Source: Candidatus Bathyarchaeota archaeon
GTDB taxonomy: Archaea > Thermoproteota > Bathyarchaeia > Bathyarchaeales > Bathycorpusculaceae
NCBI GenBank assembly: GCA_963832745.1
Contig: CAWHVC010000001.1
Coordinates: forward strand, 544,001 to 608,000
Direction: 5' to 3'
Length of the DNA stretch: 64,000 nt
Under the pieces are notes generated by a model. It ran no database searches, was not told the origin of the DNA, and saw only the letters and a program-made list of their open reading frames with translations. Both the position numbers and the translations under genes were made by a program. Numbering within the stretch: the stretch's first letter is position 1; each line of letters starts with the position of its first letter. This document shows, piece by piece, positions 20,311-30,647 of this stretch.

Positions 20311-20603
20311 TCTGCATACAACCACTAATAGAGCAAATAGACAACCACCTATAGAATAACAAATGACAACAAACAGTTAGGGCAACAATCAACAAACGAC
20401 AACTAAAAAACCAGACTACCAACTTTTGTTACTCACTTACTTCAACACATAGAACGATTTGGCATAAATTGCCCATCATCAGAGAATCAATGACTCCACA
20501 TAAATCAAAACAGGCTTGGTTATATTAAAAAGAAAAAGGAAACGGGGTTTATTTCCCCTATATCTCTATCATGCTTTCGATCTGACAGTAATAGTGTTTG
20601 ATG

Positions 20604-21857
20604 TTACGGTTGGTTTACAGTAACGATAGTTTGTGCTTGTGTTAAGCCCGTGGAAGTAGCGGTGAATGTCAAAGTTGCAGGAAGAGGATTTTCAGTCCAG
20701 TAGCCATAGTAGACATTGACAGAGCTAGAATCTGCAGGCAGAGTAATACTGTTTATGACGTTAGGGTAGGTATCGCCTTGATGTGCGTAGAAGTTGGCAT
20801 TGTTGACTCCCCCATCATCCAGATTTATCGTGATAGCGCCGCCAATTGTTGTGGGATTGCCAGATGCGGTCTGTCGCTCAATAGTGAACAGTGTATTAAC
20901 GCCAGCTATGATCGGTGAGGGATGAACAGAAAAGACCAATTTTGTTGCAACTTCAGAAGTGAATGTTGCACTGATTGTTGTGTCGCCAGTGATTGTTATT
21001 GTTGCTGGGTTTGTTGAGCCTGTTAAGTCGCCAGTCCATTCTGCGAAGCTTGAGTCGCCAGATGGAGTTGCAGTCAATTCAACAACATCACCGTAATGGT
21101 ATTTTTGTTGATCTGGGCTTTTAGCTACTGAACCTGAGCCTGTGCCGGCTGTGTTTACTGTTAATGTGTATTCGTTTTGTGTGAATACTGCTGTGATAGT
21201 TTTGGCTGAGTCCATTACAATTGGTAGTGGGTTAGTATTGCCGGTGTAGGAACCGCTCCAGTGGTTAAAAGTCCAACCGTTGTCTGCGACTGCTTCAATT
21301 TCAACTTGAGCGTTTGCATCGTAAGCTGAGGCATCAGGGGTTCTATCAACATGACCACCTTCATTATTTTCAATATTTGTTGTTAGTGTATATTGTTGCT
21401 GACCAGGGTTTGCTGTGGGTGAACTTGAGCCTGTGCCTTTGACTTCCATGAATGTGCCGCCTGTGGAGGTAACTTTAATTTGAATTTCTTCGCCAGCATT
21501 CCAGTCAGCAAGCAGATTAAGGTAGAATGCAGCAGTGTTACCTTCAGGAATATCCACTGAATCACTTCTAGCTGTGTCAATTGATACTAACTGGTCATTA
21601 ATGTAGATGCTACCGACTGTTACGGGTCCTTGACCAACATTCTGGACATAAACCCACATGTGACCTGCATCGTCACCTTTAACATAGCTAGGGATTTCTA
21701 TTGCTTGACCTGTTTTAGCGGTTTGGAAGTTCATATACCCCATAACCCAGGCGTAAGCAACCAGTGACGCTACGACTGCAATTGCAATCATAAGCAGCAC
21801 TGAAATTACAGGTGATATAGCTCTTATAGATCTCTTAAATTTTGTTACATATCTCAA
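20604..21857 (-). CDS. Large type IV pilin-domain adhesin (417 aa)
   Basis: KRSIRA/ISPVISVLLMIAIAV; two InlB-B-repeat-like domains (YTLT..Y..G..V.L.A...W.G..TG.TNP); KLVF..TIERQ domain. Confidence 0.85.
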   Translation of the reverse strand: MRYVTKFKRSIRAISPVISVLLMIAIAVVASLVAYAWVMGYMNFQTAKTGQAIEIPSYVKGDDAGHMWVYVQNVGQGPVTVGSIYINDQLVSIDTARSDSVDIPEGNTAAFYLNLLADWNAGEEIQIKVTSTGGTFMEVKGTGSSSPTANPGQQQYTLTTNIENNEGGHVDRTPDASAYDANAQVEIEAVADNGWTFNHWSGSYTGNTNPLPIVMDSAKTITAVFTQNEYTLTVNTAGTGSGSVAKSPDQQKYHYGDVVELTATPSGDSSFAEWTGDLTGSTNPATITITGDTTISATFTSEVATKLVFSVHPSPIIAGVNTLFTIERQTASGNPTTIGGAITINLDDGGVNNANFYAHQGDTYPNVINSITLPADSSSVNVYYGYWTENPLPATLTFTATSTGLTQAQTIVTVNQP

Positions 21858-21985
21858 TTCTTTCTCTTCTCCCTTCTCCTAAAAAGAAAAGCTAAACAAG
21901 TTACCAATAACATCTTATATAAAACTACATAGAACAAAACTTCAGACAAAAAAAGAACAACCATAACCACAAAAAATCAGCATAT

Positions 21986-22100
21986 TAATGGCTTGGCTTT
22001 CAACCAATAGCAACCTACCCCCCCTTAGAGATTTGCGGCGGTGGCAATTTCACAGCGGGTTTTGACCTACCCCCTATAGGTTTCAACATAGAACTACTAG
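21986..22100. repeat. Dispersed intergenic repeat copies
   Basis: TAATGGCTTGGCTTTCAACCAATAGCAACCTACCCCCCCT, then a second ACCTACCCCCTATAGG at ~22065. Confidence 0.6.
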
Positions 22101-22799
22101 TAGGGTCCTAATAGGATGGTATGAAAAGTAAAGCGGTTGAACCACAACAGAAAGCAGCGAACAGCAAAATGCAGGTTGGGCAACTAGGCAGGGCCCATTA
22201 AACGGTTACCCCGCCCTAAACAAGCCACAACCCACCCCACACACATAAGCAATTGTGGCAAACAAAAAACCAATTTAGAAAATCATTTTTCCAAAATCTT
22301 CTGAATTTCCTCTAAATGTTCAGCAACCCTTTCGCCCGTGAAAAGTTGCAAAGTTGCTTGCCATTATACACCTACATCATCGCAGTTTTCCCCGAACCCC
22401 TTAAAACAAGCCAAAAAACAACCCAATTCACCGATGAAGCAGGGTAACAGGCAAAAACGGCACAGTCAACAAAATGATGTTCAACTCATACTTAGGAAAG
22501 AATAAACAACCCACCACCTGCAAGTTTCAACATAGAGCCATTAATAGGACTCAATTGTCCTTTGAAAGTTTAGGCCACAGGTTTTGTTCAGATATGATAA
22601 TATGATCCAAAAAAACAGTTTAATAATTAAAAAATTAATTCGCACATTTTCAAGCCCTAATTCGATTCTTTAAATCAAGCATTCGCAAAGCTGCTATTCA
22701 AAAAAATACCCAGAACATATTAAAATTAAGTAAAAAAAACAGAATACCTTAAGAAGCTCGATTAAATTAACAAAAATCTTTTTTAAAAAAAAGAAAAAA

Positions 22800-24677
22800 T
22801 TAGGGGATTGTATAGCTACAGTAAATACTGTACTTAATGGTGTTGCTTCCTTCCCAACTTCCAACATTTGATGGGAATGTTCCTGTGTATGATGAACTCT
22901 CTGTTCTTCCTAGGCCGCCAGTATTTGAACTACCGTAGAGATATGCGTATTGTGAACCGCCATAACCACCTTGGTTGTTTGTCCAGACCACTATTACATA
23001 TTGAGTGCTTGCTGAAAGTGTTGGTTTATCCGCGCTAGCGAAATTGAAGACTACAAATTGATCGTCTGTAGAAGTTGAAACTGCCACTTGTTGAGTACTT
23101 GCTACAAGACTTCCACCTGTAGTGTATATTGCGGCTTTAACATTATAGTCTGTTGTAACATGGACATACGCAGATATACTATCAACTTTAACGGTGTATG
23201 CTGGAGATGTAAAGACTGAACCGACAATGCTATTTTCAATGCTTGTAGAATAGCTGCTTGATCCTGCTTGTGTGTTACCGAATGTTCCTGTGTTAGGGTT
23301 TACTGTTAAAGATGTTGCTTGACTTGTTGCATCGTAGTAGTTGTTGTCACCGCTGTAAATTGCTTGGAATTGATAAGTATCAACTGTTGTTGGAGTGTAA
23401 GTTGTTGATGCGGAACCGCTTGATAGACTTACTGCAGAGTTAAAGTCATTCCATGAACCTGATCCAATTTTTACTTGGAATTGTACGGTACTTGTTGGGT
23501 CGGAAACGCCTGAAACGCCGGTAACTGTCACGGATACTTGGACTTCGTTGTTAACGACAACTGGATTTGGAGTTACTGTTGGTGTTGAAACGGTTGCGGT
23601 TGCTTTGTTTACGGTTAAGGTTTCTGTGTTTCCTGTTGCAGTGTTATAGACACTATCGCCGCTGTATACTGCTCTTATTAGGTAGGATCCTTCTGCATTT
23701 GGTTGGACTGATGCTGAGCTGGCTGTGCCGCTTGATAATGGTCGGTTAGCGTCGCCAAATGTATTCCAGTTTGCTCCGCTGTCTGTTGAGTATTGGAATG
23801 TTACTGATCCTGTGGGAGTGCCTGCGGACCCTGAAACGGTTACTGAAGCTGTGATTGAATTACCCATTGTAATTGTGGTTGCGCTGAGGGTTGGAGCTGG
23901 AACATTTGCATTTTCTAGATCAGGTTCTTGAACTGATAGATTTCTTGATGTGCTTGCAGATGCATAAGTGCCGTCAGAAGCAAAGTTTACTGAAACTGTC
24001 CAAGCGCCAGTTACGTCAGGTGTGTATGAGTCACTGTATTGACCAGAAGAATCTGTTGTTTGTGTGTGAACAACATCGGTGTGTCCGCTTGATTGATAGG
24101 TAATTGTTACAGTTTTGTCTGGAATGCCTACACTGCTGGCTGTTAATGAACCAGAAGCAGTTACGCCTTCACCAAAAGTAATAGTGCTTGAGCTTAAATC
24201 GCAAGTTAGAACTGCGAAAGTTAAGCCTGGCTGGTTTGAATTGCTGCTGCCTGTGCCTTGGACTTCCATGAATGTGCCGCCTGTGGTTGTAACTTTGATC
24301 TTAACTTGGTCGCCAGCATGCCATGGAGCATTTAATTGGACAGTTAATTCTTTAGTTTCGCCAGCGTCAATTTTTAAGTCTGCGGGTGAAAGAATCTGCA
24401 CTTGTGCATCGTTAATGTATACGTTGCCCACTGTTACGGAACCTTGGCCGGTGTTCTGTACGTAAATTCGCATCTGCAAGTTATCAGCAGTTACACCCTC
24501 TGCATAGCTGGGGATTTGTATTGCTTCGCCCACCTTGTCAGTTTGGAAGTTCATGTATCCCATGACCCAGGCGTAGGCTACTAGTGAGGCTACGACTGCG
24601 ATTGCAATCATGAGCAGCACTGATATTACGGGTGATATACCTTTTATTGATCTTTTAAATTTGGTTATATTTCTCAA
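22800..24677 (-). CDS. Large type IV pilin-domain adhesin (625 aa) with Ig-like repeats
   Basis: KRSIKG/ISPVISVLLMIAIAV; Big_3-like repeats (PTGSVTF..AVYSGD..Y); distinct C-terminal domain. Confidence 0.85.
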   Translation of the reverse strand: MRNITKFKRSIKGISPVISVLLMIAIAVVASLVAYAWVMGYMNFQTDKVGEAIQIPSYAEGVTADNLQMRIYVQNTGQGSVTVGNVYINDAQVQILSPADLKIDAGETKELTVQLNAPWHAGDQVKIKVTTTGGTFMEVQGTGSSNSNQPGLTFAVLTCDLSSSTITFGEGVTASGSLTASSVGIPDKTVTITYQSSGHTDVVHTQTTDSSGQYSDSYTPDVTGAWTVSVNFASDGTYASASTSRNLSVQEPDLENANVPAPTLSATTITMGNSITASVTVSGSAGTPTGSVTFQYSTDSGANWNTFGDANRPLSSGTASSASVQPNAEGSYLIRAVYSGDSVYNTATGNTETLTVNKATATVSTPTVTPNPVVVNNEVQVSVTVTGVSGVSDPTSTVQFQVKIGSGSWNDFNSAVSLSSGSASTTYTPTTVDTYQFQAIYSGDNNYYDATSQATSLTVNPNTGTFGNTQAGSSSYSTSIENSIVGSVFTSPAYTVKVDSISAYVHVTTDYNVKAAIYTTGGSLVASTQQVAVSTSTDDQFVVFNFASADKPTLSASTQYVIVVWTNNQGGYGGSQYAYLYGSSNTGGLGRTESSSYTGTFPSNVGSWEGSNTIKYSIYCSYTIP

Positions 24678-24882
24678 TTTGTTTTCTTCTCCCTTCTCAC
24701 GTTTTTTAGAAATTTTCCTCTTTATTGTTGTTTGAAAATCAAGTAAGCGGTTAAACTATTTAAAAGGTAATGTAGTAAGCGTCTATTGAAACATGGAATA
24801 TGTCCAAAACTGGAATATGGGCATATAACCACCAAAACAAATAAGGACGCAAACAAGTTAACAGTTATACAGGTGGCAAAAG

Positions 24883-26031
24883 GTGGATACTTCAAAAATT
24901 CGGGTAAGAGAACATTTTGGTATAGCAACAAACGAAACCAGCACTAAACAAGTCAGTTTCCTTATCAGTCCACCCAAAGGCCGACAAAGCATACAGCAAC
25001 AAGACATCGTGCTACTTGACCATCCAATCTATGGCGAGACCTGCCAAATCATCGCGCAAGTTAAAGAAATCGCAAGTTATGAAGAATTTGCCGGCAGCAG
25101 CCATAACGACCGCTTAGGAAAAATGCTTGCAAACGCAGACATCATTGGATACGTCAATTTGGAAAAAGAAGACAAACCCTTGCAAAAACTTCTCGCGCCA
25201 CCTAACCCGGGAAGCCGCATCTACATGCCTTACACCGAATTTATAGAAGACGTCTTTGCAAGAGACCGCGCAGGCAAACCGTTTGAGCAGCCGCTTCAGT
25301 TTGGAAACAGTGAAACATGCGCTTTAACTCCAGACGGAGCAAGCAAGCAGGTCAGCATTTTCCTTAACGGCAAAGACATCATGGGCATGCATACATTGGT
25401 CTCGGCAGTTGGTGGGGCAGGAAAAACCAATGTCGTCAAAGTAATGGTTGAAGAGTTCACTCAAAAAGGCGATATGCCAATTGTAGTTGTGGACCCAAAC
25501 GGCGAATACCCAAACGTAGCTTCAGAAAAATATACAGCCGTAACTGTTACTCCGCAAATGAAAACTTTACCAAAAATCGCGGCAAACCAACTAACAATCC
25601 TTAAAGGGCAAACTTTAAGCTTGGAAGAAAAAGGCAAATTCTTTACAAGCCAAATCGCAGCACTGGTTAAAGCAAAAATGGATAAAACAGTTCCAAGTTT
25701 CCTGCTGGTAATTGAGGACCCAGAAAACATCCACGCCGACACGCTTAAGGAAATAATTAATGCAAAAATAGGCATAACCGCGGTTCTGGTTACATCACAC
25801 CCAACTGGCCTACAGGCGCCAATTCTTTTGCAGATGGGTAATCAAATCGTGGGAAAAACCGTTGACCCACAGGACATAGCGTACCTTAGAGGAATGTTAA
25901 ACTGCACAGAAAACGAATTCACAGGCCTTTGTCAGGGCGAGTTTTTTGTTAACGGTTTAAACATGGCGCGTCCAGCAAAAGTGCAAATAAAATTGGCACA
26001 AGCAGAGCTTTTGCTGAAACCTGGGGCATAA
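24883..26031 (+). CDS. HerA/DUF87-like protein (HAS barrel + shortened P-loop ATPase)
   Basis: N-terminal barrel ending PPNPGSRIY; HTLVSAVGGAGKT, VVVDPNGEY; degenerate Walker B LVIEDPE. Confidence 0.75.
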   Translation: MDTSKIRVREHFGIATNETSTKQVSFLISPPKGRQSIQQQDIVLLDHPIYGETCQIIAQVKEIASYEEFAGSSHNDRLGKMLANADIIGYVNLEKEDKPLQKLLAPPNPGSRIYMPYTEFIEDVFARDRAGKPFEQPLQFGNSETCALTPDGASKQVSIFLNGKDIMGMHTLVSAVGGAGKTNVVKVMVEEFTQKGDMPIVVVDPNGEYPNVASEKYTAVTVTPQMKTLPKIAANQLTILKGQTLSLEEKGKFFTSQIAALVKAKMDKTVPSFLLVIEDPENIHADTLKEIINAKIGITAVLVTSHPTGLQAPILLQMGNQIVGKTVDPQDIAYLRGMLNCTENEFTGLCQGEFFVNGLNMARPAKVQIKLAQAELLLKPGA

Positions 26032-26258
26032 AAGTTAAAGGCACACTTTATGTGGTAATTGCATCTCTTAGAAAGGGATTGTTAGGTAAGCAGGAAGCTA
26101 AAGACACGGTTTATGCGTTAGTGTTTAAGGGTTTTAGAATTGAACCTAAGCTTTTGGCAAGAATAATCGAAACAATCGAAAAAGAAAACGCAGAATAACT
26201 CGACCCAAACCTGCTGGTTCCTTAAAAAAGGCTTGATCCAGTTTTCAAAAAGTAGGGG

Positions 26259-26675
26259 TTATGGGTTGTATTGGTAGGTAGCTATGTTACCTGTTGTAGT
26301 CACTACTTTGTACAATACTGACCCAGCAGGTACTGACAAAGTTATAGGAATTGCAACCTGTTTGCCAGCAGGAACTAACCAGTCAGGATCATAGTAATCA
26401 TGACTTTTTGCGGGACCACTGCCACTAATCACCCAGACTCTGGAAATAGTTGTATCCATACCACCAGTGTTTGTAACAGTTAATTGGCTATCACTGTAAC
26501 CATCAATGCGAACGGGAGTCTGTATCTTGTCAACATAAAGCTGATTCATCTCACGGGTTGCCGCGTCATGCCAAAGATAAACGTTAGTAAAGAAGAAAAG
26601 TAAGATTACAATGAACATTACTGACCCAATCACTTCAGCGGTTCCTTTGCGATTTTTTATTAATTTTTTAAACAC
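26259..26675 (-). CDS. Minor type IV pilin
   Basis: NRKG/TAEVIGSVMFIVILL class III signal; VTNTGG; KVVTTTGN. Confidence 0.8.
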   Translation of the reverse strand: MFKKLIKNRKGTAEVIGSVMFIVILLFFFTNVYLWHDAATREMNQLYVDKIQTPVRIDGYSDSQLTVTNTGGMDTTISRVWVISGSGPAKSHDYYDPDWLVPAGKQVAIPITLSVPAGSVLYKVVTTTGNIATYQYNP

Positions 26676-26690
26676 ATTCTCAACTCCATG

Positions 26691-27143
26691 TTATGGTGCT
26701 ACAATTATTGACTCGAAGGTCGAGCCCCTGTTTGTTGAAACCTTGAAAGTATATTCATTATTTGAAACCCATGATATCAATGTTTGAGCGGGAATGAGGA
26801 CGTGCTCCCCCATAGGCACCTTAAGGTCAGTGCCCGGATTAATTGTAAGTGATAAACCATTAACGTATATGGCGTTAATATCAACATCAATCTTCCCAGC
26901 ATTATAAACCCATATCTCTGCTTGAGTTCCATAACTGCTACCGGATGGGTTCAGATTTATGTCTTCTATTGTTAGTGATTCCATTACTGCTCCACCTACA
27001 CCTTCTTTGTAGGTTTGTGCATACACTGTAACATAAGCAAAAAGAAGTGTCATTCCAATCATTACCACCATTATCATTAAGATGGTTGAGATGACTGTTG
27101 ACAGCGCACGATTGTTTTTTCTGGTTCTAAAGAGTTTTTTCAT
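26691..27143 (-). CDS. Minor type IV pilin
   Basis: Start MKKLF; NNRA/LSTVISTILMIMVV; VYNAG..IYVNG; KVSTNRG. Confidence 0.82.
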   Translation of the reverse strand: MKKLFRTRKNNRALSTVISTILMIMVVMIGMTLLFAYVTVYAQTYKEGVGGAVMESLTIEDINLNPSGSSYGTQAEIWVYNAGKIDVDINAIYVNGLSLTINPGTDLKVPMGEHVLIPAQTLISWVSNNEYTFKVSTNRGSTFESIIVAP

Positions 27144-27148
27144 GTTTG

Positions 27149-27997
27149 TTACACCCAGTTTGGCGGAATCGTAAACAGAAATATCACGTAACCAATAACA
27201 CACAGAATAATGGCATGTTTTAGACCACCTGCAACCCGGCGTTCGCCAAGTTTGCCAGCCATTAAACCGCCGGTAACCCCGGAAATTATCATGTCTTGAT
27301 AGAAGAAATCTTTAAACCCAGCTATACTGCCGATGGAGACTTGACCGCCGATTTGTGCCGAACCCTGCATTGGCGCAAAAAAAGATTGCACCAGCAAAAC
27401 AGCAGTTACAACAAAAACCATGAATGCCGCGTAAACGATGATTATGTAGGGTTTCATTTGCTGGTTGGTTTCGCGGTCCATTTCCCGCATTTCTTCCATG
27501 AAACCGGAGGTGGCGGTGAAGACTTTTTTGATTGTTCCGCCTGAACGGCTGGCTTCAAGAACCAAAGCGCAGAAACGGTTTACGACTGGCGAGTTAATGT
27601 TGTTTTTAAAGTTGGTTAATGCATCCTCAAATGAGGTGCCCCAGGACATTTGTACCGTGATTTTGCGCACTTCATCAGCTAAGGGGGCTGGTACCATACG
27701 GTTTTCTACAACTTTTTCAAACGCTTTTACAAGGGTTAAACCTGTCTCTTGGGATTCAGCTACACCTCGAACGAGAATGGGCAACTGGTTTTCGATTGCT
27801 TCCATCCATCGTTGGTTCTCGTAGTCCAAGATGGCGGATGGTATAAGAATTATCAGTATTGCAGCAAGGAAGATTTCGTTAAGATAAATGACAAACGTGG
27901 ATGATGAAAGTACTAGCAGCATAATAATGGGTATGACGACTGCAAGGACTGATGCGCCGGCTACTATTTGTCGTGTCTTTAATGAAATTTTTCGCAT
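27149..27997 (-). CDS. TadC/ArlJ-like pilus platform protein (T2SSF domain)
   Basis: ENQLP..ESQETGL..WG.SFEDAL..SGG; GLMAGKL. Confidence 0.88.
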   Translation of the reverse strand: MRKISLKTRQIVAGASVLAVVIPIIMLLVLSSSTFVIYLNEIFLAAILIILIPSAILDYENQRWMEAIENQLPILVRGVAESQETGLTLVKAFEKVVENRMVPAPLADEVRKITVQMSWGTSFEDALTNFKNNINSPVVNRFCALVLEASRSGGTIKKVFTATSGFMEEMREMDRETNQQMKPYIIIVYAAFMVFVVTAVLLVQSFFAPMQGSAQIGGQVSIGSIAGFKDFFYQDMIISGVTGGLMAGKLGERRVAGGLKHAIILCVIGYVIFLFTIPPNWV

Positions 27998-28002
27998 TTT
28001 GT

Positions 28003-28884
28003 TTACCTCGGTGGAGTCATTGAGTCAACAAGCAACAGCATGATGCCTACACCCGCTGGCGTAACAAGGAAAGTTAATAATGTCAAAGCAACTTGGGGAT
28101 CAATGCCGCCCATCATATCTGCGCCGCCGCCTAAGAAGGACATGATTGAAAGCATAACAACCAAGGCAAGTGGCAATGCAATCATGAAGCTAACGTAAAC
28201 TTCAGCCATACCGCCTAAGCTTTCAAGAAAACTTTTCATGCTGGCCATACGAGCTTTCTTAAACTTATCAGATTCATCACGCAGGTAGCTTGCTAAGTCG
28301 CCACCCATGTGTGAAGTTGTTACTACTCCGTCAAGTAAAGCACCGAATTTTTTTGAAGCAGAACGTTTTGCGCTGGCTTTTAGGGCTCCGTCAAGGTCAA
28401 GACCCATTAATTCAATGTCAGCGATTGTGCGTCTCATTTCCTGGCCTACACCGAATTCGTCACCCACGTTTGCCAGGGAGCGGAAGATGCGTTCGGGGGG
28501 CATGCCGGAACTTGCTAGGACTGCTAAGAAGTTTGCGGTTAATGGCAGGTTGGCGTCGATTTTTCTTGCGTTTGTTGAGATTGCAAAGTATGGGTAAACA
28601 TAGCAGGTTGCACCTGCAATCAAAGCTGAGACTACTCCCAGCAAAATTGCAAAACCCAAAGCCGAAAGAACAGGCATTATCAATGATGAAATTAGGAAAA
28701 TTACTATAAAACAGGCTATTCCTGTAATGCCTGAAGCAAAAACGGATAAGCCCATGTAGGCTTCAAAAGTCATTTTTAAGCTGGCTTTTGAGAGGTTTTC
28801 TTGCAGTGGCCCTATCTTGGCAGTTAAAGTTTTAGGAACATAACTGCTGATCTTTAAGAAAAGGGAGAGCAACTGCTTATTCAT
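28003..28884 (-). CDS. TadB/TadC-like pilus platform protein (T2SSF domain)
   Basis: IDANLP..LASSGMPP..GLDL..GGDL. Confidence 0.88.
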   Translation of the reverse strand: MNKQLLSLFLKISSYVPKTLTAKIGPLQENLSKASLKMTFEAYMGLSVFASGITGIACFIVIFLISSLIMPVLSALGFAILLGVVSALIAGATCYVYPYFAISTNARKIDANLPLTANFLAVLASSGMPPERIFRSLANVGDEFGVGQEMRRTIADIELMGLDLDGALKASAKRSASKKFGALLDGVVTTSHMGGDLASYLRDESDKFKKARMASMKSFLESLGGMAEVYVSFMIALPLALVVMLSIMSFLGGGADMMGGIDPQVALTLLTFLVTPAGVGIMLLLVDSMTPPR

Positions 28885-30551
28885 GCTTTTAATGCCTCTT
28901 TAAGGACCAAGTCTGGTTTTTCAACGTATGAACGGATAATGTTTGATACTTCTTTGTAGTTGCGCAATTTCTTGTTTTGCATCCACTCTACAATTTTGGT
29001 TCTGCGTTGTATTTCTTCTAAGGCTTCCTCGGTGCTTATGCCCTTTTTCTCTGCAATCTTTTCAAGGATGTAACTGCGTCCGGTAAAGTCGAAGGTATCC
29101 TGTGCAGGGTTCCACCTGTAAACCTCGTTGGTTAAGATTTCTCCTGAGCGGGGGTCTAAACCTACGATTTCTGAGGTTGCAACGGTTTTGCGTACCGGTT
29201 TACCGTTTAATTCAACTCTTTTCTGGACAAGGATAATATCTATGCCGGCGATGAGCGTTCTTGGAATGTTCATTGGCGCGGATTCTAAACGGTAAACGGT
29301 GGATTCAACTGATTCAGCGTGAACAGTGGACATGCCCAAGTGGCCAGTGCTAACTGCCTGAAACAGCGTGTAAGCTTCTTCACCTCTGATTTCACCCACA
29401 ATGATATAGTCGGGTCTTTGACGCAAAGACGCCTTTAGTAAGTCAAACAAGGTGACGTCGGCTGATTCTGTTGCGAGCCCAAAGTGGGTTCTTGTTGTTG
29501 CAGGAATCCAGTTTTCATGTGGCAAATTCAACTCGGGTGTGTCTTCGATAGAAACAACTTTAAGGTCAGGCTTGATGAACATGCTTAAGCAGTTAAGCAA
29601 AGTGGTTTTTCCAGCCGCGATACCTCCAGCGACCAAAATTGAAACCCTGTTTTCAACTGCGTACCAGAAAAACGCCGCCATTTCCGGTGAAAGACTACGG
29701 TAAGTTACAAGGTCAGTTATTGTGAAGGGGTCAATTTTGAATTTTCGGATAGTGAAAGTGGAGCCTTTGCGGGTGACTTCGCTGCCGTAGGTAAGGTTGA
29801 TTCTGCTGCCGTCTGGCAGGGTAGCGTCAAGCAGGGGTTGAGCGATTGAAACGTGGCTGCCACACATGTAAGCTAAACGAAGCGCGAAAGAGTCAAGCTC
29901 TCTGGCAGTGTCAAACTTTATGTTAGTTGAAATCGATTCAAACTTGCGGTGCCAAATATACAAGGGCACATCAATGCCGTCGCAGGACACATCTTCAATT
30001 AGTTGATCATGCATTAAGGCGTCAATTTTGCCAAAACCCAAATTATCCCGCACAATATAGTAAAGCAGTTTGTTGCGGTCCTCTTGAGATAGCTTAAAGT
30101 TGTATGAGTCCATGATTTCCTGGCAAGCCTTAAGCAGGTACTGTGAAGCTGCCTTCTTGGACTGCATATCTTTAGGTTTTAGCACCAGAACTTGGTTTAG
30201 GATTTCTCGTAACCGTTGAAGATTAACTACGTCAGATGCTGTAAGTTTTGGCTCGTCAATAACGTAGTAAACGTTGCCTCTTCTGCGGTCACGAACAATG
30301 TTAATGTAACAGAACGGAGGGTTAATCGGGTAAGTTTCAAGAATCTCAGCGTCAATCGGGACAGAAACAGGCTTAACAATGTCATCATCGACGGGTTCAG
30401 GTTGGGGGGTAAACTTTGGTTTTCTAAAACCTGTTTTTAGTTTGAGCTCTTTCTTTAGAGGCTCAGTTGTTTTCTGTTCAACGTCTTCTGTGACGGTGGC
30501 CTGTTTTTTCTTGTCGAATCGTTTTTTTATGTTGCCCCATTGAGTTCCCAT
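28881..30551 (-). CDS. Type IV pilus assembly ATPase (ArlI/PilB/VirB11 family)
   Basis: GGIAAGKTT, IEDTPEL, LRQRPDYIIVGEIRG, TGH..STVHA. Confidence 0.95.
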   Translation of the reverse strand: MGTQWGNIKKRFDKKKQATVTEDVEQKTTEPLKKELKLKTGFRKPKFTPQPEPVDDDIVKPVSVPIDAEILETYPINPPFCYINIVRDRRRGNVYYVIDEPKLTASDVVNLQRLREILNQVLVLKPKDMQSKKAASQYLLKACQEIMDSYNFKLSQEDRNKLLYYIVRDNLGFGKIDALMHDQLIEDVSCDGIDVPLYIWHRKFESISTNIKFDTARELDSFALRLAYMCGSHVSIAQPLLDATLPDGSRINLTYGSEVTRKGSTFTIRKFKIDPFTITDLVTYRSLSPEMAAFFWYAVENRVSILVAGGIAAGKTTLLNCLSMFIKPDLKVVSIEDTPELNLPHENWIPATTRTHFGLATESADVTLFDLLKASLRQRPDYIIVGEIRGEEAYTLFQAVSTGHLGMSTVHAESVESTVYRLESAPMNIPRTLIAGIDIILVQKRVELNGKPVRKTVATSEIVGLDPRSGEILTNEVYRWNPAQDTFDFTGRSYILEKIAEKKGISTEEALEEIQRRTKIVEWMQNKKLRNYKEVSNIIRSYVEKPDLVLKEALKA

Positions 30552-30647
30552 GTTAGTCCCCTCTCGTGAGATAGATGATAATGATAACTTGATATTTAAA
30601 AATTAAAAAAAGGAAAGATAGACTTGTTTTGCTTAGCAATTCCTGTT

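Noticed and set aside
17881-24677. Diversity-generating retroelement or shufflon acting on the pilins
   Set aside because: No reverse transcriptase or site-specific recombinase in the window, no adenine-specific TR/VR pair, and each gene has its own start.
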